Part shown: piece by piece, positions 29,031 to 39,170 of the stretch
Position numbering within the stretch: the stretch's first letter is position 1
How the letters are laid out: every line of letters begins with the position of its first letter
DNA from: a virus
DNA: 64,000 nucleotides
Strand: one strand, 5' to 3'
Virus record (IMG/VR): IMGVR_UViG_3300032294_002706
Span: 1 to 64,000 of that record
The notes under the pieces: model-generated
What the model was told of the DNA's origin: nothing
Databases searched by the model: none
What the model saw: only the letters and a program-made list of their open reading frames with translations
Position numbers and translations under genes: made by a program

Positions 29031-29705
29031 TTATGATTCTTTTAACGACTTGTGTATTTTTAGCACAGCTAAATAAGAATCAATCATGTCCATGAACGGA
29101 GATTTCACGGTTTGATCTTTAAGGATCTGATCCTCGTACTTATTTATCACCTGGTGAAGACTACTGCCGTCAGCAATCATTGGAGTTGATTTGAACTGCT
29201 GGTACACGTCGTATTTGCCAGCATGGCCTTTGGCTCCAATTGCATTCTTAAGCTCCCCAGGTGAGAATATGAACACGCTTTCCTGATGACCGCTCAGAGT
29301 AGTATCCAAGATCTTCTTTCTGAGCATGCCAGTCGCTTGGCATATATCAATCAAGGCATTACCTTGAGCTCCATACGCAACTCCCTCAATCGAAACAATT
29401 AGAGGTTGGCCATTTAGTCCAGGTAAAACAATTTGATTGACTCGGTCTATTAGAGTGTCGACTAGCCTAGAGTAATTCTCTAATTTAGCTCGTTCGGTGG
29501 CCGAATAGGTGTCGTGTTTAAGATTCTTAGGGGGGAGAAAAATGAATTCGAGAGTTGGATGCTCAATTTGAACGTCCTCAAGTAGTTTTCGGTGTGCTTT
29601 GGTTAGATTTGAATTGACACATGCGATCCAGCTAAAACTTTTAAAGTCTTTACTGATACAAACAGCTGGAAACTGTATTGAAAAGTCTATGCCAATTACA
29701 AACAA
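29031..29705 (-). CDS. RuvC-like Holliday junction resolvase / RNase H-fold nuclease
   Basis: IGIDFS, SIEGVAYG, SPGELK and DMIDS supply the RuvC D-E-D-D acidic pattern. Confidence 0.75.
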   Translation of the reverse strand: MFVIGIDFSIQFPAVCISKDFKSFSWIACVNSNLTKAHRKLLEDVQIEHPTLEFIFLPPKNLKHDTYSATERAKLENYSRLVDTLIDRVNQIVLPGLNGQPLIVSIEGVAYGAQGNALIDICQATGMLRKKILDTTLSGHQESVFIFSPGELKNAIGAKGHAGKYDVYQQFKSTPMIADGSSLHQVINKYEDQILKDQTVKSPFMDMIDSYLAVLKIHKSLKES

Positions 29706-29727
29706 AGCTCATTTTGGTGATTTTGAA

Positions 29728-29917
29728 TATTCTACTACTAAAAAAACTTTAGTTTTGCCTAAAACTTTAGTAAAAGTTACTGTAGAATAAGGGTGTTGGG
29801 AGGGTATAGAGCCTAGAGACCTAGTACCTAGTCTACTTATTTAATATAAAATAAAGAATTAAGGTACCTAGTACTAAGAATCTTAGCCCCTAAGCTACTT
29901 TCTACTAATTATTAGTA
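29728..29917. other. Repeat-rich non-coding region at the strand switch; candidate origin or divergent control region
   Basis: Inverted repeat TATTCTAC (29728)/GTAGAATA (29782) encloses two AAAACTTTAGT copies (29743, 29761). Two GTACCTAGT copies (29824, 29864) flank an A/T-rich spacer. Small palindromes at 29874 and 29903. Confidence 0.35.
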
Positions 29918-29944
29918 TATTCTATCTTGTAAAATACAATAATC

Positions 29945-30688
29945 ATGTTTGATCCACATCAATTAGAAAAATTTCTGTTTTTTGACATTGAAACTGCAGG
30001 AGCAGAGTCAAATTTTTCAGAATTATCCCCCAAAATGCAAGAGCTTTGGTCAAAAAGAGCCAAAATCTTAAGAACCCAACTTGGCGAAAAGTATCCAGAC
30101 AACAAAGACAAATCAGACGATGAGCTTTTTCAAATGAAATCTGCTCTTCAAGCTGAATTCGGTAGAGTTGTTTGCATCTCATTCGGTAAGCTCAAATTCG
30201 TTGATGGGGCACCAACCGCTCAAATCGTTTCCTATTCTGGAAATAACGAAATTGACATTCTAAATCAATCGTTCAAGTTAATGACAGGTTTAACAAAGAA
30301 CGGTGTTAAACTTTTTGGGCATAATGTTAAACGATTCGATGTTCCGTTCCTATGTAAAAGAGCTTTCATTCATGGAATTGAGCCAGCAACTCCTCTTCAA
30401 GTTTGGGACAAGAAACCTTGGGAAATATCAATAACTGACACTTCTGAACTTTGGTCATTCGGCGCATGGCAAGAGGGATTTACCTCGCTTGATCTATTGG
30501 CATCAGTTTTAGGCATAGATTCGCCAAAGGACGATATTAATGGGGCAGAGGTTCACGAAACTTTCTATGCTGGCGATTCCGATAGAATCAAAGAATACTG
30601 CCAAAAGGACGTAATTACGCTAATGCAGACAGCTTTAAGACTATCTGGCCTAAACCGAATCGAAAAGTCTGATATAATAATAAAGTAA
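29945..30688 (+). CDS. Stand-alone PolB-type 3'-5' exonuclease (DEDDy)
   Basis: FFDIET (ExoI), GHNVKRFDVPFL (ExoII), EYCQKDV (ExoIII). Confidence 0.85.
   Translation: MFDPHQLEKFLFFDIETAGAESNFSELSPKMQELWSKRAKILRTQLGEKYPDNKDKSDDELFQMKSALQAEFGRVVCISFGKLKFVDGAPTAQIVSYSGNNEIDILNQSFKLMTGLTKNGVKLFGHNVKRFDVPFLCKRAFIHGIEPATPLQVWDKKPWEISITDTSELWSFGAWQEGFTSLDLLASVLGIDSPKDDINGAEVHETFYAGDSDRIKEYCQKDVITLMQTALRLSGLNRIEKSDIIIK
30652..30678 (+). promoter_or_regulatory. Putative early/middle promoter AAAC-N16-ATATAAT
   Basis: Same spacing as the other copies; upstream of groEL. Confidence 0.6.
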
Positions 30689-30704
30689 AATAATCAAATA
30701 ATAA

Positions 30705-32288
30705 GTGAAGCAAACTAAATTTAAGGCAGAAGCCAGACAGCAATTAGCCGCAGGTATTAATGCATTGGCTGAAGCGGTCAAGGTAACTTTAGGCCCAAGA
30801 GGTCGTAATGTTGTTATTGCTCGTGATAACCGTGTTGCAATAACAAAAGATGGAGTAACTGTTGCTCGTGAAGTTCAACTTGAGGACTACATGGAAAACG
30901 TTGGAGCTCAAATGATCAAGCAGGTTGCAAATAAAGTTGCAATGGAAGCCGGCGACGGTACAACCACTGCTACTGTTCTTGCACATGCAATCTTTACCGA
31001 AGGTAACCGATTAATCGAGACAGGCTCTCATCCAATGGATCTTAAAAAAGGAATCGAGCTCGGCATGGAGCATATCATTGCTAATTTAAAAGAACAGGCC
31101 CAAAAGGTTGAGGACTTTGAAAAAATTAGACAAGTTGCAACAATTTCAGCAAATAATGATGAAGAAATTGGATCAATTATTGCTGATGCAATGAAGGCCG
31201 TAGGATTCGATGGAATCATTACTGCTGGTGAAAGTAAGACTGGCGAAACTTTCGTTGAAATCGTTGAGGGTATGCAATTCCAAAATGGCTACTTGTCTCC
31301 ATATTTCATTACTAATCCGGAAAGAAACACGGTTGAGTTCGAGAAACCTTTAATCCTAGTGTATGACGGTAAGATTTCAAATCTATCCGATATGCTACAA
31401 TTCTTAGAGCACTCAAACAAACAAAGACGTCCACTATTAATAATTAGTGATGGAGTCGATGGTGAAGCCCTAAACACTCTACTTGTTAATAAACTACAGG
31501 GCACTTTAAAAGTAGCAGCAGTTAAATCACCAGGATTCGGAGAACAGCGGCGTTTTAAACTACAGGACATTGCTACCTTAACTGGTGGAAAATTAATTTC
31601 TGAACTAGACGGAGTTACTCTTAAAGAGGCAGTTGCCACAGCTTACGTCGGAGGTTGCGATAAAGTTACAATCACATCAGATTCAACCACGCTAATTGGT
31701 GGATTTGGAACAACTGAATCAATTGCTGAATTAACAGATGATCTAAAGTCTCAAATTCAAGCATGTGAGTCTGAAACTACTAAACTCCTGTTAAAGGAAA
31801 GACTTTCTAAATTTGAGGGAGGAGTTGCAATAATTAAAATTGGAGCAACTTCTGAACTTGAAGCTAGAGAAAAATCTGATCGTATCGATGATGCGCTAGG
31901 CGCAACTCGTTCGGCTGTTGCTGAAGGTATTGTTATGGGAGGAGGTCTTGCTCTAGTTAAGGCAGTAAATTCAGTTGAATACGTTTCACCTAACCGCGAT
32001 ATTCAACTAGGCGTAGAACTAATCAAAAAAGCGTGCCACCAGCCGTTCCGTTCTATCTTAGAAAACGCTGGAGTTAATCCGGATATCGTTCTGAGCAAAA
32101 TTAACGAAGGCGCTCCAGGATACAATGCTAAAACTGAGGAATACATTGACATGATCGATAATGGAATTATTGATCCAGTTAAAGTTACTAGAACTGCTCT
32201 AGAGAATGCAGTTTCAATCGCAGGTCTTTTAATCACAACTGACTGCTTAATGGTACAAAAACCCCAAATGAACTCTCAAGTTCAATAA
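30705..32288 (+). CDS. groEL: Chaperonin GroEL
   Basis: VTLGPRGRNV, TKDGVTVA, AGDGTTTATVLA, KSPGFG and GIIDPVKV motifs; lacks the GGM tail. Confidence 0.97.
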   Translation: MKQTKFKAEARQQLAAGINALAEAVKVTLGPRGRNVVIARDNRVAITKDGVTVAREVQLEDYMENVGAQMIKQVANKVAMEAGDGTTTATVLAHAIFTEGNRLIETGSHPMDLKKGIELGMEHIIANLKEQAQKVEDFEKIRQVATISANNDEEIGSIIADAMKAVGFDGIITAGESKTGETFVEIVEGMQFQNGYLSPYFITNPERNTVEFEKPLILVYDGKISNLSDMLQFLEHSNKQRRPLLIISDGVDGEALNTLLVNKLQGTLKVAAVKSPGFGEQRRFKLQDIATLTGGKLISELDGVTLKEAVATAYVGGCDKVTITSDSTTLIGGFGTTESIAELTDDLKSQIQACESETTKLLLKERLSKFEGGVAIIKIGATSELEAREKSDRIDDALGATRSAVAEGIVMGGGLALVKAVNSVEYVSPNRDIQLGVELIKKACHQPFRSILENAGVNPDIVLSKINEGAPGYNAKTEEYIDMIDNGIIDPVKVTRTALENAVSIAGLLITTDCLMVQKPQMNSQVQ

Positions 32289-32307
32289 TCGAATATTAGC
32301 CATCGAG

Positions 32308-32346
32308 GAATATGCGCCTGTTGAGTAATTCTCACGGGCGCTATTC
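32308..32346 (+). terminator. Imperfect hairpin after groEL, probable terminator
   Basis: GAATATGCGCCTGTTGAG-TAATT-CTCACGGGCGCTATTC followed by TGTTT. Confidence 0.5.
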
Positions 32347-32381
32347 TGTTTAGCTGGATCGATAGATAAAATAAAGAGTTT

Positions 32382-35300
32382 TTGCAATTGGACAATCAGT
32401 TTAAGCAACTAATTAACGATATTAAGTGCGGAAGAACAGCCGCTCCGATGTTTACTGAGGATGACTTAGCGAAGGTCAAAGCCTGTTTGCCTGAACCGGT
32501 TGCGCCACCGCCATCCAACGTAAATGTTACTGTCCCAGAGACAGATTCATGCGTAAATGATGGCATTGAAGAAGTTAAAAAGATCATGCTAGATCAACTT
32601 TCTAAACAGGCAACCGTTATTGAACTTGCAACAATCAAAGGTAAGTTAGAAGAGGCCCAAGATCATTATAAGGTCATCTCAGTTCACTATCGAGAACGTT
32701 ATAGATTCTTCAATGATACCATAACAACTTTAGCCCCATTCACATCAGAGTTCCTTTATTGGCAGGACGAATTCAACCGATTGACTCAACTTGAAAAGAA
32801 AATCTATGATGATTATGTTAATGGTAATATAGCTGCGCTTGTAATAGTAACTATTTTAAAGTGGTTTACTGAGATCAATGATAAAACCTTTCTCTTAATT
32901 GTAGGCGGTAACCTTGATGATCTAACTAAATCATTCGGTGCGCTTGCTGTAACATCATTCATGTCATCTGATGTGTATAAAGCCTATTCAACGGCTCGAT
33001 CTGCTAGAATAGCAGCCGCCAACTCTCAAGCTCAATCAAAAGCTGCTGCAACAAATGCCTTAAAAACCAAAATTCAATCAATCCCTAATCTTGGGCTAGC
33101 GGCCGGCGTTAAAGCAAATGCACTTAACACAACCAAAAAAATAAGTGGACAGCTGATCCCAATATTTAATGATATCGATGTGGTTCAACCAGTCACAAAA
33201 TTAGTTACGTCAGCTAGATCATTTGCCTATGAGGTTAGACTTCTTGACCTAGATAACTGCAAAATATCTGTGCCTCAAGTAAAAGCAGACGGATCGTCGG
33301 ATCAAGTCGAAAAGACAATTAACATTAGAACTAACCCTTACCTAAAATTTTCTTCATTTGCTAATACGATAGGAACAGCAATTCAATCTAGAGCATTTCA
33401 GTCGGGTTCTCCAGCTGAAACCGATTATGCGTTCATTCCTGGAGCACTATACAATGAAACAAATGGATATGCTGGCCTCTATAAAAAGTTAGCTAATCCA
33501 GTTAGGTACCTGTACACGCCTGAAGAAAGGGGACTTACGGTTGATCCGAATAAAATAGATCCAGTCATAAATGAAGTAGAGAATGCTCCAAAATCAATAA
33601 CGGAAGAGGGCACAACCTTTTACATTGCCAACCAGGAACAGTACTCTAAATTTTACGAAGATGCAGCAAAAACTTTGCCTACTAAATTAAAAAATGAAAG
33701 AGCCGTTGTTTTTCCAAAGCAGATCGAGAAAAATTTAGAAGATCTTAAGGCACTAGGCCAATCTGAAGCTGCCGACTTCTTTAGAAAAACTACGGATGCT
33801 GAAGTTAAATTAGCTCGTCCATTAACTTACAAAGCAAAAGGTTCAAACATCTATCTTGCCGGAGAATTCAAGTATTCTTCATTAGATAGAGTCGTTTCAG
33901 CTAGACTTGCATACTACACCAAGGCGGCTGACGAAATTGATCAAAAACTTAAGGATATTCAATCAGACATTGATCAGATTTCCGAATTAATAACTCAAAA
34001 TTCAATGGATCCTGACGTTTTAGTTAAGAGGATTTCAGCGGTTGCCTGTTTTAAGGGAGCAGCTGATACCAAAGCAACCGCAAAGGATTGTGAGGCTGAA
34101 ACTGCTGCAAAATTAGGAACTGACCCGTTAATGATTCGTACTTTTTCTGGCACGGATTCAAGTCTGCCGGACATGAACAATCCTTGTTATTGGAAAGAAT
34201 TTGCAAATTCACTAAATAAAGTTAGTATTCTACCTGTGCCTGATCTAACTGCTCCACTATTTAGATATTATCCAATAAACAATATCATTCCAACTCCAAT
34301 AGGAGTGGTCATGATTCCAATGCCTCAAAAATGGAGAGTCCTATTTTCATTATCATCTCCGCTTGGAACATTGGTAACCTTTTTAACTCTGCCTGCGCTT
34401 ATCGTTGGAATTCCATTACCGTCGGTTTACATGTTCTACTTTTCTCCAGACGGTAATAAGTACATGCTACTTGCTCCAAACTTTCCATTAGTATTTACGC
34501 CAGGTGCAAGCAAGTATGGATTTGAGATTGATACGTCCGGTGAATCCAATAATCCAATTGGTCTAAGCAATACAAATCCTCATAAGGGCCAATTAGTCAA
34601 AGGCTCTTTAACTATACCGATTAAACTAGCAGCAAGTTCATCAAAAGCCGTTAGGTTAGCAGCCTTTGCTGCTGATCTAGCTCAAGGTAAAATTCCATCA
34701 ATTAAAACGCCAGACGGTCTCGTAATTAAAGAAATCGATCCACAATTCTACCTACAAAATTATTTGGGACAGTTTGAAGCCTCTGCTGCTGCCCTTGATG
34801 GCGGTGCGGCAGAAGAATTCATTAACATCACTACTAAATTTAAAGCTGATCTCAATGCTCAATTTAAGATTTTAGGGGATATGCAAATAAATGCGGTCAC
34901 TAGATTAAAGGAAAAAACCAGATCAACTAGACAAAAAGGTGTAGTGGGTGCCGAAGATATTACTGACCCTAAGGATAGGCTTGCCGCAAAGGATAAAGCT
35001 CGAGCTCTTGATCCAATCAAATTAACTGAAAAAATTCAAAGCGTTCTTTCCGATTTTGAATCATACATCGATAAGATAAATTTAGGCACAATATCAATCC
35101 CAAAGAATGCTACTCGACTTAACCCTAAATTACCAGGTGCCGTAACTGCAGTACAGCCAATAATAGAAAAAGCCTCTAGGGGAGAACTTATTCCAGATTT
35201 AAAATCTAAAAACTTGATTTCAATAATCAAGAAGTTTGCATCACAAATTGATCCAAGTAAACTTGATATACCGAAGAAAGAATTCAACTTAAACAAATTA

Positions 35301-36740
35301 GAAGACGTTGATGAATTTAAAAAAGCAATAAAGAAATTTGCAACTGACGCATTAGCTCACGCAACTGGAGATAAAACTACAAATGAAGACATTGATCCTA
35401 ATTTATCTGAGGAAAGAAAGGCAGAGATTGCAAAAGCAAATGAACTACGAAAAAAGAGAATCAAAGCAGCTTTCGCATTATCTTCACTTGCATTAACGCC
35501 ACCAACTCTTAAATTATTTGATCCGGCTGCTCCATGTTGTGCAACTGATTCCGCTAAACCAAATAACCTACCTTCTCCTCAAGTGCTGGCCGCAATTGCT
35601 ATTTTTAATGCTTTATTAGATGCATTTTTGCAAGGAATAACGATTGATACCCTAAAGAGCATGTTCGGAGATGCAGTTGACCGTATCGGAATAGACTCAG
35701 TAAAAACGCTATTCGATTCAGCACTATCTGCATTTCCGCCAATTACAATTCCTGAATTACCTGACGTAGTTGCAATATTCAAGACCATGATACTCCCTGT
35801 GTTAACCGCAACTCATATACCGCAAGCGCCCATTCCACTAGGCCCAGTATTTCCAGTGCCGATTGTAATTCCATTAAACGAGATCATAAAACCTTTGCTA
35901 AAAGCGGCAATTGCATATTTACTTGAATTACTATTGAGATTACTATCCGATGCCGGCAACATGCTAGAATTTACAGCAATTAGTATCGATTCTCCAACTC
36001 TTCAGGAAATTATTAAGCAAGTTCCATGTGGCGATTCTCAATTTGCAACAGTTTCTACGACGAATATTTCAAAAACAGTCTCAGTGAAACTGCCGAATGG
36101 AATAGTCTTGACTTTACCAAAGATTCCGAATATTCCATTAGACATTGTCTCTTATTTTGCATTGCTAACTTCTACTGACCTAGTCGAATTAATTAGAGGC
36201 CTGTTATTTGCAGCGATTGATGGAATCCTAGAACCTCTTAAAAGCATTGTTGTGCCAGTTTTAAATATTGCGCAAAGTTTTAAAGACTTATCTCTTAATA
36301 TTATTGAAGCATCAAATCCATTCATTCTACCAATTAAATTAATTATATTAGCTCTACAACTTCAAATTCCAAATTCAGCTAAGACTAGCATTATGAATCT
36401 TGAAGCGATTAACTTAATTAGAGCCGCATATTTACCAGTAGTAACTGCAGCTGAACCAATCTTAAAAGAAACAGCGTATCTTCTTGCAATTCTAGCTCCG
36501 GCTTTTGCAAGTAAACCTGGTGTCAAGATTGCTAGAATTGCAGCAAATCCATTTGTTAATCAGGATGATCTTCCACCATGGGAAAGACTGACTCATAAGA
36601 ATCCACTATTTGCAATTTTTCTAGATGAAATTGCTTGGAGATCCAGTCTAACCTCAACCGGTAGTCTAATATTTGCAACAAAAATGCCAGGAATATTCAC
36701 CGGCGCTAGGACAATTACGTCAGATCCTGGAATCCACTAA
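32382..36740 (+). CDS. Large hypothetical protein with coiled coils and hydrophobic Pro-rich segments
   Basis: 1452 aa ORF with a TTG start; several apolar stretches; no family recognised. Confidence 0.7.
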   Translation: MQLDNQFKQLINDIKCGRTAAPMFTEDDLAKVKACLPEPVAPPPSNVNVTVPETDSCVNDGIEEVKKIMLDQLSKQATVIELATIKGKLEEAQDHYKVISVHYRERYRFFNDTITTLAPFTSEFLYWQDEFNRLTQLEKKIYDDYVNGNIAALVIVTILKWFTEINDKTFLLIVGGNLDDLTKSFGALAVTSFMSSDVYKAYSTARSARIAAANSQAQSKAAATNALKTKIQSIPNLGLAAGVKANALNTTKKISGQLIPIFNDIDVVQPVTKLVTSARSFAYEVRLLDLDNCKISVPQVKADGSSDQVEKTINIRTNPYLKFSSFANTIGTAIQSRAFQSGSPAETDYAFIPGALYNETNGYAGLYKKLANPVRYLYTPEERGLTVDPNKIDPVINEVENAPKSITEEGTTFYIANQEQYSKFYEDAAKTLPTKLKNERAVVFPKQIEKNLEDLKALGQSEAADFFRKTTDAEVKLARPLTYKAKGSNIYLAGEFKYSSLDRVVSARLAYYTKAADEIDQKLKDIQSDIDQISELITQNSMDPDVLVKRISAVACFKGAADTKATAKDCEAETAAKLGTDPLMIRTFSGTDSSLPDMNNPCYWKEFANSLNKVSILPVPDLTAPLFRYYPINNIIPTPIGVVMIPMPQKWRVLFSLSSPLGTLVTFLTLPALIVGIPLPSVYMFYFSPDGNKYMLLAPNFPLVFTPGASKYGFEIDTSGESNNPIGLSNTNPHKGQLVKGSLTIPIKLAASSSKAVRLAAFAADLAQGKIPSIKTPDGLVIKEIDPQFYLQNYLGQFEASAAALDGGAAEEFINITTKFKADLNAQFKILGDMQINAVTRLKEKTRSTRQKGVVGAEDITDPKDRLAAKDKARALDPIKLTEKIQSVLSDFESYIDKINLGTISIPKNATRLNPKLPGAVTAVQPIIEKASRGELIPDLKSKNLISIIKKFASQIDPSKLDIPKKEFNLNKLEDVDEFKKAIKKFATDALAHATGDKTTNEDIDPNLSEERKAEIAKANELRKKRIKAAFALSSLALTPPTLKLFDPAAPCCATDSAKPNNLPSPQVLAAIAIFNALLDAFLQGITIDTLKSMFGDAVDRIGIDSVKTLFDSALSAFPPITIPELPDVVAIFKTMILPVLTATHIPQAPIPLGPVFPVPIVIPLNEIIKPLLKAAIAYLLELLLRLLSDAGNMLEFTAISIDSPTLQEIIKQVPCGDSQFATVSTTNISKTVSVKLPNGIVLTLPKIPNIPLDIVSYFALLTSTDLVELIRGLLFAAIDGILEPLKSIVVPVLNIAQSFKDLSLNIIEASNPFILPIKLIILALQLQIPNSAKTSIMNLEAINLIRAAYLPVVTAAEPILKETAYLLAILAPAFASKPGVKIARIAANPFVNQDDLPPWERLTHKNPLFAIFLDEIAWRSSLTSTGSLIFATKMPGIFTGARTITSDPGIH

Positions 36741-36746
36741 TTTTTA

Positions 36747-36773
36747 AAACCTGAAGAGGTTTCTGTGTATAAT
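36747..36773 (+). promoter_or_regulatory. Putative early/middle promoter AAAC-N16-GTATAAT
   Basis: AAAC CTGAAGAGGTTTCTGT GTATAAT upstream of the S1-like gene. Confidence 0.65.
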
Positions 36774-36803
36774 TAAGTAGTTAATCTCACTAATACAACA
36801 TAT

Positions 36804-37985
36804 ATGCAAAAAAACCAAAACGCTCAAGAAGTTATTGATTTTGATTTGCTATTCAGCCAAGGCAATAGCAAAATCAATCATAGAATTAAATTAACTCCAG
36901 CGGACAAAAAAGCGGGTGTAAGAATCTTTTGTAAAGAACCTTATACTCAAGAACTTTACGACCTTTATTATTCATCAGGTACAATCCTAAAACCTGCAAA
37001 TAAGGACTTTGAAGTCGGACAAGTTTGTAAAGTAACAGCAAAACGTGTTGACTTTGACAATAAAATGATTGAAGCTCAAGACGATGCAACTCTATCTACA
37101 ATCTTCATTCCATTTAGAGAATTTACCGAAGAGCCATCATTATTAGTTCACAATGAAATAAGCGCCAGCTTTAAAATTGTTATCTATAAAGTGGAAGGTG
37201 AAGACTATTTAGGTTCTGAAAAACGTTGTGCAGCATTAACGTACCGTGAAGATCTTGAAGAATTCCTTAAGACTGAAAAATGGTTCTACGTTAAAGTTAC
37301 TAACTTGGTTAAAGGTGGTTACCTTGCTCTTTACAAAGGCACAGTTAAATGTTTCTTACCTGGATCGCATGCAGCAGCTAACGTAATCAGAGACTTTAAC
37401 GAGTACTTGAACAAGGAAATTCCAGTAATGATCGAGAACTACGATTCAGCGAATAAACTATTCATTGTTTCTTACAAGAAGTACATTAAGCAGACATTAC
37501 CACAAAGAGTTCACGAACTTAAATTTGGTGAAAAATACACAGGTATTCTAACTAACAAACCTTATGACTTTGGAATGTTCGTTGAATTCCAAAATTATTT
37601 CACCGGCTTATTGCATAAAACTGAATTTGTCAATTACGAAGAAGTTAGTAGAAACTATAAATCCGGAGATCAGATTGACTTCTACATCAAGGATATCGTT
37701 CTTAAGAAAGGCGAACCTAGAATAATTCTAACTGATTCTCTTGAAAAAATCGGAGAAGATCAACTGATTTGGCAAAGTTTAAAGGACTCAATTGAAGGTA
37801 AAACCTTAAATTTCACTCTAAATAAACAAAACTTTAGCCTAGAGATTCAAATGCCCGATTCAGATCGAGTATTTCACACGGATGTGAACCATCTAAAAGG
37901 CCGAACTCGAATTAACGACGAGGGCCAAATTAAAGTTCACCGAGTCGATACTATCAGAAAACAATTAAAGTTCGACTTTATTTAA
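36804..37985 (+). CDS. Ribosomal protein S1-like multi-OB-fold protein
   Basis: Tandem S1 repeats: VKVTNLVKGGYLA...CFLPGSH, YTGILTNKPYDFGMFVEF...TGLLHKTE, YKSGDQID; shorter than host S1. Confidence 0.8.
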   Translation: MQKNQNAQEVIDFDLLFSQGNSKINHRIKLTPADKKAGVRIFCKEPYTQELYDLYYSSGTILKPANKDFEVGQVCKVTAKRVDFDNKMIEAQDDATLSTIFIPFREFTEEPSLLVHNEISASFKIVIYKVEGEDYLGSEKRCAALTYREDLEEFLKTEKWFYVKVTNLVKGGYLALYKGTVKCFLPGSHAAANVIRDFNEYLNKEIPVMIENYDSANKLFIVSYKKYIKQTLPQRVHELKFGEKYTGILTNKPYDFGMFVEFQNYFTGLLHKTEFVNYEEVSRNYKSGDQIDFYIKDIVLKKGEPRIILTDSLEKIGEDQLIWQSLKDSIEGKTLNFTLNKQNFSLEIQMPDSDRVFHTDVNHLKGRTRINDEGQIKVHRVDTIRKQLKFDFI

Positions 37986-38183
37986 ACCTAAAACCACAAA
38001 GAGTGGTATTTTATATTCGAATAAATAATCAAGATGCAAAGGTCGAATAATAAAATATCACTTTTTTATGTTCGGTGCTCTTTGGGTTAACCATTTAAAC
38101 ACAATAGTTTCTGTTAACCAAGCACACAACACCATAACTCGAACTTTACATCACATTTTACACTTAACCTAATAATAAAGAAC

Positions 38184-39149
38184 ATGATGGAACCTATTTT
38201 ACAAGAGAATCCAAATCGATTTGTTGTCTTCCCGATTCAGCACCATGACCTGTGGGAATTTTACAAAAAATCAGAAGCTTCATTCTGGACAGCTGAGGAA
38301 ATTGATCTAGCTGCTGACCTAGTTGACTGGCGATCTCGATTAAACGATGACGAGCGTCATTTCGTTAAACACGTATTGGCATTTTTTGCCGCAAGCGACG
38401 GTATCGTTAATGAGAATCTTGCCGAGAACTTCGTTAAAGAGGTCCAGTACCCGGAAGCAAAATTCTTTTATGGATTTCAGATCATGATGGAAAATATTCA
38501 TTCTGAAACCTATTCTCTTCTAATTGATACGTACATCACCGACCCAGAAGAAAAAATGCATCTATTTAGAGCAATTGATACTATCCCAGCCGTTGCAAAG
38601 AAGGCCGAGTGGGCCCTTAGATGGATCAAGAACTCTACATTTCAAGAGAGACTAATTGCATTTGCGGCGGTTGAAGGTATATTCTTCTCAGGTTCATTCT
38701 GTTCTATTTTTTGGCTTAAGAAAAGAGGCCTCATGCCAGGACTAAGTTTTTCTAATGAACTTATTTCACGAGATGAAGGTTCTCATACTGACTTTGCAGT
38801 CCACCTACACAACAACCATGTAGTTAATAAAGTTTCAGAAGAAAGAATAAAAGAAATCATATTATCCGCCCTAGAAATTGAAAAAGAATTCATCATAGAG
38901 GCTCTTCCTATTAAATTAATAGGCATGAATTCTGACTTAATGAAACAATACTTGGAATTTGTTACCGATAGATTACTATCTGATTTAGGTTGCTCAAAAG
39001 TTTTTAATTCAACCAATCCCTTTGATTTCATGGTTAACATTGCGCTAAATGGCAAAACTAATTTCTTTGAGAAAAGAGTTGGTGAATACCAAAAAGCTGG
39101 AGTTAAATCTGGAGGAGACGCAGGATTTTCATTAGACGCAGATTTTTAA
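38184..39149 (+). CDS. nrdB: Ribonucleotide reductase class Ia beta subunit
   Basis: [56 protein letters not shown]. Confidence 0.97.
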   Translation: MMEPILQENPNRFVVFPIQHHDLWEFYKKSEASFWTAEEIDLAADLVDWRSRLNDDERHFVKHVLAFFAASDGIVNENLAENFVKEVQYPEAKFFYGFQIMMENIHSETYSLLIDTYITDPEEKMHLFRAIDTIPAVAKKAEWALRWIKNSTFQERLIAFAAVEGIFFSGSFCSIFWLKKRGLMPGLSFSNELISRDEGSHTDFAVHLHNNHVVNKVSEERIKEIILSALEIEKEFIIEALPIKLIGMNSDLMKQYLEFVTDRLLSDLGCSKVFNSTNPFDFMVNIALNGKTNFFEKRVGEYQKAGVKSGGDAGFSLDADF

Positions 39150-39170
39150 AAAACAGCAAAAACTAAATAA

